The notes beneath the pieces are model-generated. The model searched no databases and was not told the origin of the DNA. It saw only the letters and a list, made by a program, of their open reading frames with translations. A program made the position numbers and the translations under genes. A stretch of DNA of 64,000 bases from Syntrophaceae bacterium (GTDB lineage Bacteria > Desulfobacterota > Syntrophia > Syntrophales > UBA2192). Location of the stretch: contig JABLXY010000003.1 in the NCBI GenBank assembly GCA_013177795.1, positions 701,578-765,577 of the forward strand. The letters run 5' to 3'. Below are positions 60,701-64,000 of the stretch, in pieces; position 1 is the first letter of the stretch; the number at the start of each line of letters is the position of its first letter.

Positions 60701-62883
60701 TCTCCCCTCTTGTAGGCGAGCACGCCCTTGAGGTTGACCGCACGGGCGTTGCCCTCATCGAGGGCAAGCGCCTCGTCGGCGAGTCTTTCCGCCTCGGCGT
60801 CCTCGTTGAGACCCTCGCGGCAGTATCCCGTAAGGACAAGGTGCATCCTGCGGTTTGCCTTGTCCGGGACCGCTTCGAGAATGTCGAGGGCTTCCCGGTG
60901 GTGCTTCGCCTCGATGAGGGTCTCTGCCAGTTCGCCGTAGATCTCCCACGCACCCGGCGCTTCCCTCATGGCCTCGACGTATCCGGCGACCGCAGCCCGC
61001 AGGTCACCCCGCTGATAACGTTCCCGGGCTTTTTCACGGATGTTTCGCGATTGCAGAAATCTTCCCTCGGCGCTCTCGCGGCCGGCGGCGTTCCATTTGC
61101 GCCGAAAGATTTTTCGGTTGCCTGCCAGGGAAGACCCGCAGTCGATCCGGTTCCCGATGAAGCTGCGGCTCCCGAAGTGATGGACGAAGACATCCCCGGC
61201 GATGTAATTCCGGTATCCTGCCATGAGCGCGCGCAGGCAGAAATCGTCATCCTCGAAATTGCCGGTCCCGAAGCTCTCGTCGAGAAGACCGATCCTGTCC
61301 ACAAGCGCCTTCCGGAAGAGCATGCAGAAGCCGACGACCCGCCCCGACTCGATGCGGCGATGCCGGTGTCTGTCGCGGAACAGCCGGGCGAACCCGTCCA
61401 GGCCCTCCAGCGACGCATACCCGACGGACTCCATCTTCTGCCGGCCGCTGATTGCGTTCGTCAGGGGGCCCACGATGCCCGCGCCGGGCGCGCCTTTCAG
61501 GCAGTCAAGCATCCCGGAGAGCCACCCTTCGGTCACGACGGTGTCGTTGTTGAGAAGGAGGATGAACTCGCCCGCGGCGGCCTCGATCCCCTGGTTGCAG
61601 CCCTTCGCGAAGCCGAGGTTCGAGCCGTTTTCGATCAGCCGATAGTGCCCGTTCTCCCCGACGAGCTTCCGCAGCCACTGGACCGTCCCGTCCGTGGAGC
61701 CGTTGTCGACGAAGATGATCTCATGCGGCTCCGGCGTGTGCCTGCGGACGCTCTCGACGCAGCGCCTCGTGTACTCGAGTTCGTTGAAGGTGAGGATGAC
61801 GATTGAGACGAGGCCGGCTGAGGCCCCCCGCTTTGCCGCCGATGCATCCGACAAGGCCTGCTTTGTGGCCTCCAGATAGGCCCTGCCGAATCGGAGGTCG
61901 GGTTCGAGATGATTCCCTTCCCCCCATTCGTTCCAGGCATTGATGAAGACGATGTTCTCGTCCAAGTCGTACCGGTCGATCTTCCTGATCACGGAAGCAA
62001 GCCAATGTCGATAGTGCTCCGGAGAGGACTGGTCGAGGATCACGGATGCCGTTGCCCTGCGCGGCGAGTTATCCCAGCTGGGTGTCACACAGGGGAAGCG
62101 CTTGTAGGGTGGGATGGGTTTCTTCAGCATCCGCTCGACGACCGCAGGGTAATCGAAGACGAGGTGATCCTTCGGCAACCGCTTCACAGGCGGACCGAGG
62201 TTCCCCCAGTCCGGCTGGAATTCGATACTGGCATCGAAACCGATCAAGCGCGGATCGCCGTACTCGTACGGGGCGCTTTCAACCTTGCAGAGATAGAGTT
62301 CCTCGCCCTGCCGCCTGGCCTCCTCTCGCCATACTTCCGCCGTCCGGGCCGCGTTGGGCAATCTCGTCGAGAGGTACACGATCATCAAGGGCTTGTTCCG
62401 AATCCGGATATACCTCCTGTCCCGAAACACGCGCAGGAGCCAACGGATGTGTCGCCGGTCATCCTCCTCGCTGAACGTCTGCTCCATGAGGATTTCCCCC
62501 TGGCGGCCGTCCCACGCGCGCGTCCAGTGCTCATTCGCCCAGCACAGGCAGAACGGGAAATCAGGCTTGCGGGATGCGAGCACCTCGTCCAGGGGGCGGT
62601 TCAGCAGGCGCCTGCCGTTGAACCAGTAGTGGTAGTAGCAGAACCCGTCAATGCCGTACTCTCTGGCCAGATCCGCCTGCGCTTGTCGCGTTTCCCCGAC
62701 GCGGAGATCGCAGAACCCCAGGTCTGCGGGGATGTGCGGCTGATAGTGTCCGGGGAACAGCGGATTGGCCTGCACGACGTTCGTCCACTCCGTGAACCCT
62801 TTGCCCCACCAGCGGTCGTTCTCCGGGATGGGATGGTATTGCGGAAGATAAAGCGCAATCAGGCGCACGTCCGGATGGCTCAC
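57799..62883 (-). CDS. Giant multidomain glycosyltransferase: WbsX-like domain + GT2 + TPR + (GT2 + TPR) x2
   Basis: 1,694 aa, GTG start. aa 1-345: LIALYLPQYHPIPENDRWWGKGFTEWTNV (WbsX-type). aa 357-575: VSIVILTFNE...FVDNGSTDGT...LLNNDT (GT2). aa 877 onward: VSLCMIVKNEE...VVDTGSTDRT...LDADE. aa 1269 onward: ISLCMIARDEE...VVDTGSKDRT...LDADE. Each GT2 is followed by TPR-like repeats. Confidence 0.85.
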   Translation of the reverse strand: MSHPDVRLIALYLPQYHPIPENDRWWGKGFTEWTNVVQANPLFPGHYQPHIPADLGFCDLRVGETRQAQADLAREYGIDGFCYYHYWFNGRRLLNRPLDEVLASRKPDFPFCLCWANEHWTRAWDGRQGEILMEQTFSEEDDRRHIRWLLRVFRDRRYIRIRNKPLMIVYLSTRLPNAARTAEVWREEARRQGEELYLCKVESAPYEYGDPRLIGFDASIEFQPDWGNLGPPVKRLPKDHLVFDYPAVVERMLKKPIPPYKRFPCVTPSWDNSPRRATASVILDQSSPEHYRHWLASVIRKIDRYDLDENIVFINAWNEWGEGNHLEPDLRFGRAYLEATKQALSDASAAKRGASAGLVSIVILTFNELEYTRRCVESVRRHTPEPHEIIFVDNGSTDGTVQWLRKLVGENGHYRLIENGSNLGFAKGCNQGIEAAAGEFILLLNNDTVVTEGWLSGMLDCLKGAPGAGIVGPLTNAISGRQKMESVGYASLEGLDGFARLFRDRHRHRRIESGRVVGFCMLFRKALVDRIGLLDESFGTGNFEDDDFCLRALMAGYRNYIAGDVFVHHFGSRSFIGNRIDCGSSLAGNRKIFRRKWNAAGRESAEGRFLQSRNIREKARERYQRGDLRAAVAGYVEAMREAPGAWEIYGELAETLIEAKHHREALDILEAVPDKANRRMHLVLTGYCREGLNEDAEAERLADEALALDEGNARAVNLKGVLAYKRGDRQGAETHFRRAAACDPAWGEPLTNLGVLQWASGNQEDAYGLLERGFILSPHVPDCAERYHAAAASLGRQESAADLFREARALYPDCRHLRLMLIDLLIGLGRHEEAMGEIEHALTLFDIDDAFLASALHVRDRVGPHAGMRDASKKKARVSLCMIVKNEEKHIARCLLSAKPVVDEIIVVDTGSTDRTRELSRALGAQVYDFAWTEDFAEARNFSLSKATGDWVLVLDADEVLSPRDYPVFRKFTAKAPGKPRAFTMVTRNYLDIPQQRGWQANDGQYAEEAGSGWFPSGKVRLFSRDKRIRFENRVHEIVEPSLKRIGLKPEALAVPVHHYGKLDPGKTLEKGKNYFDLGKKKLEDNGSDARSVRELAIQAMELGDREEAFALWSRVVSLEPDSAQAHMNLAHLHLEAGRYREALDSARKAVALDPGMKEACLNCAMAEFYAGDVTQTISILERLLERVENYPPASALLAAAYLVRGEREKASVPLAALRQAGFTDTSFLQSYATKLRQAGRPEAAASLARGGASHPAADPPSEGFAERPAISLCMIARDEEASIGRALSSVRAAVSEMIVVDTGSKDRTREIALASGANVFDFPWCDDFAAARNFSLSRATGDWIFILDADEALAPADAERLVRLAATAPEDAAGFVLPTRNYSTEMNAEGWTGNDGLYPSEEAGPGWFPSRKVRLFRNDPRIRYEGAVHEMVEPAMERHGLRWAACDVPVHHYGPLAGRSKGEFYYRLGRQKLEATDGNPRAVYELAVQAGRLRRFAEAIELWQRYLSLGCRDDLPLAFLNLGHAYLETGQYGRAIDASRKALAIDPGLKEAALNLAMAEFYQGCPEKAAERLESLLSTTGDYPPAAALLCAACLLAGRRAEAEEGIRALSGRELNPAAFFQVYAARLREAGRGHDAEALLAEARRLWADALKCRGLEGSPEEVGQIMSALGADIPPLQTASASDRRGEPLRP

Positions 62884-64000
62884 CGTGAACTGTCCTCCGT
62901 ATTTCGCAGAATTTCAAGGTTCTCCCAGGCGTTCCGGTTGCCCGGCGCAACAGCGAGAACTTTGTGGTAGAAGATCTGTGCCTCGGCGGAGCGGCCGGCC
63001 AACGCGCAGATGTTGCCGAGAATCAGGAGCGATTCGACATCATGGGGCCGTGCCTTGAGAAGATCGAGATAGATCTGGATTGCATCATCCGCCCGGCCCA
63101 TCTCCGAAAAGTAGAATCCCGCCAGATTTTTCCGGAATGCGTCGTTTTCCGGTTGAAGGCTTACTGCGCGCTCGTAACACAGACCGGCTTTTTCCTTGTC
63201 CTGGAGGCTGTGGTGCAGGACCCCCAGATCCCCATAGAGAACCGCTTTCTCAGGATGTGCTTCGAGCAGTTTCTCGTATCGGGCGATCGCCTTTTCGGGG
63301 GGTTCATGCCCGATCATGTTTCGCGCTTGCGCGTACGCCTGCTCGAAACCACCCACCCGTCCGCGTCGATTGTAAAGCTCGTCCAGCATCGCCACGGCGG
63401 AATCGAAAATCGTCTCCGGCTTCGGGAAATTGTCGCAGGAAGGCTTTCCGTTCTTCGGGCAACGATTGAATCCGAAACAGCCGGGACAGTCCATGTCCTC
63501 GATGAGATAGCGGTAATGGTCCGACACGGGCGCGTCCGAGTTAACCGGCTTGGTGTTTCCAAAGAGGCAGATCGCAGGCGATCCCATGATGTGCGCCGCA
63601 TAGTGGACGGGGAACGAGTCCATCCCGATCAGCAGGTGATGCGAGGAAAGCAGTTCCCGGAAGTGCTTCAGGTTGCTGTACGGCACGGTCTTTACGTTCT
63701 TGCCGCCGTGCGGTCGGGAGCTCAGAAGCGTGATCTGATACCCTTTACGGCGGAATTTCTCGATCAGCACCTTCAGGTGGGTCTCCGGGTAGGTCTTCAG
63801 CGGCCAGCCACCCTCCGTGTGCAGCAGGATGCGAAAGGCGCTTCCCGTCCTGTCCGGGAGATACCGGCTTGCGATGGGTCGGCTGCACAGCAGATCGCCT
63901 TTCGATTGAAGGCTCGCGCCGAGAGCGAAATAGTAGTGGTCGATCAGGTGAAAATCGGAGATTCGGTATTCCCGGGAGGGCCGGCAATAGTAGTAAAAGT
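62880..64000 (-). CDS. GT9 (heptosyltransferase-like) glycosyltransferase fused to C-terminal TPR repeats; 5' end lies beyond the window
   Basis: The frame stays open to the window edge (...ILLHTEGGWPLKTYPETHLKVLIEKF...). The GT9-like motif LLIGMDSFPVHYAAHIMGSPAICLFG is followed by TPR-like repeats. The TGA overlaps the GTG of the downstream giant gene (GTGA). Confidence 0.75.
   Translation of the reverse strand, partial: FYYYCRPSREYRISDFHLIDHYYFALGASLQSKGDLLCSRPIASRYLPDRTGSAFRILLHTEGGWPLKTYPETHLKVLIEKFRRKGYQITLLSSRPHGGKNVKTVPYSNLKHFRELLSSHHLLIGMDSFPVHYAAHIMGSPAICLFGNTKPVNSDAPVSDHYRYLIEDMDCPGCFGFNRCPKNGKPSCDNFPKPETIFDSAVAMLDELYNRRGRVGGFEQAYAQARNMIGHEPPEKAIARYEKLLEAHPEKAVLYGDLGVLHHSLQDKEKAGLCYERAVSLQPENDAFRKNLAGFYFSEMGRADDAIQIYLDLLKARPHDVESLLILGNICALAGRSAEAQIFYHKVLAVAPGNRNAWENLEILRNTEDSSR

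Noticed and set aside
57772-62970. Plus-strand ORFs 57772-59124, 59776-61806 and 61909-62970 overlapping the giant minus-strand gene.
   Set aside because: The minus-strand frame carries clear WbsX, GT2 (DTGSTDRT, LDADE) and TPR motifs across one uninterrupted 1,694-codon ORF. The plus-strand translations are Arg/Pro/Gly-rich with no motifs.
1-64000. Signs of a mobile element, prophage, defence island or toxin-antitoxin pair.
   Set aside because: No integrase, transposase, recombinase, nuclease, methylase or phage structural motif was recognised in any frame. Composition looks uniform apart from the short spacers.

Overview
High-GC (about 65%) bacterial chromosome segment with Desulfobacterota-like gene content. 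No rRNA, tRNA, CRISPR, transposase or integrase was seen. Three blocks: (1) 1-4.2 kb holds a siroheme-dependent alternative heme biosynthesis cluster: hemD tail, NirJ-like radical SAM, hemB, second NirJ-like radical SAM, and a siroheme decarboxylase subunit. It is followed by polA, an unknown secreted protein and a convergent REC-GAF-HD-GYP regulator. (2) 10.7-57.7 kb is one very large flagellar regulon. It contains three sigma-54 pathway regulators (a stand-alone bEBP, then a SPOR/TPR protein + PAS histidine kinase + bEBP operon). A Bacillus fla/che-like collinear run follows: flgBC-fliEFGHIJ-(MgtE_N/MotE-like)-fliK-flgDE-fliLMNOPQR-flhBAFG-fliA. After that come a post-fliA accessory module, flgFGAHIJ, flgMN, flgKL, a flagellin, a divergent flagellin-like gene and alphaproteobacterial-type flbT/flaF. 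Five good -24/-12 sigma-54 promoters (plus one weak candidate), two to three sigma-28 promoters and candidate enhancer palindromes can be read directly from the sequence. (3) 57.8-64 kb, on the minus strand, encodes a 1,694-aa WbsX-GT2-TPR-(GT2-TPR)x2 protein translationally coupled to a GT9-TPR protein. They converge on the flagellin locus, so flagellin glycosylation is the proposed role (inference). The most unusual non-genic signal is a dispersed set of about 18 intergenic elements. Each is built from degenerate 7- or 8-nt tandem units, usually paired with an inverted complementary arm, placed right after stop codons and/or right before start codons or sigma-54 promoters. motAB, che genes, fliD and fliS are not in the window. 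All functional calls rest on motifs I recognise by eye in the translations; no database search was run.
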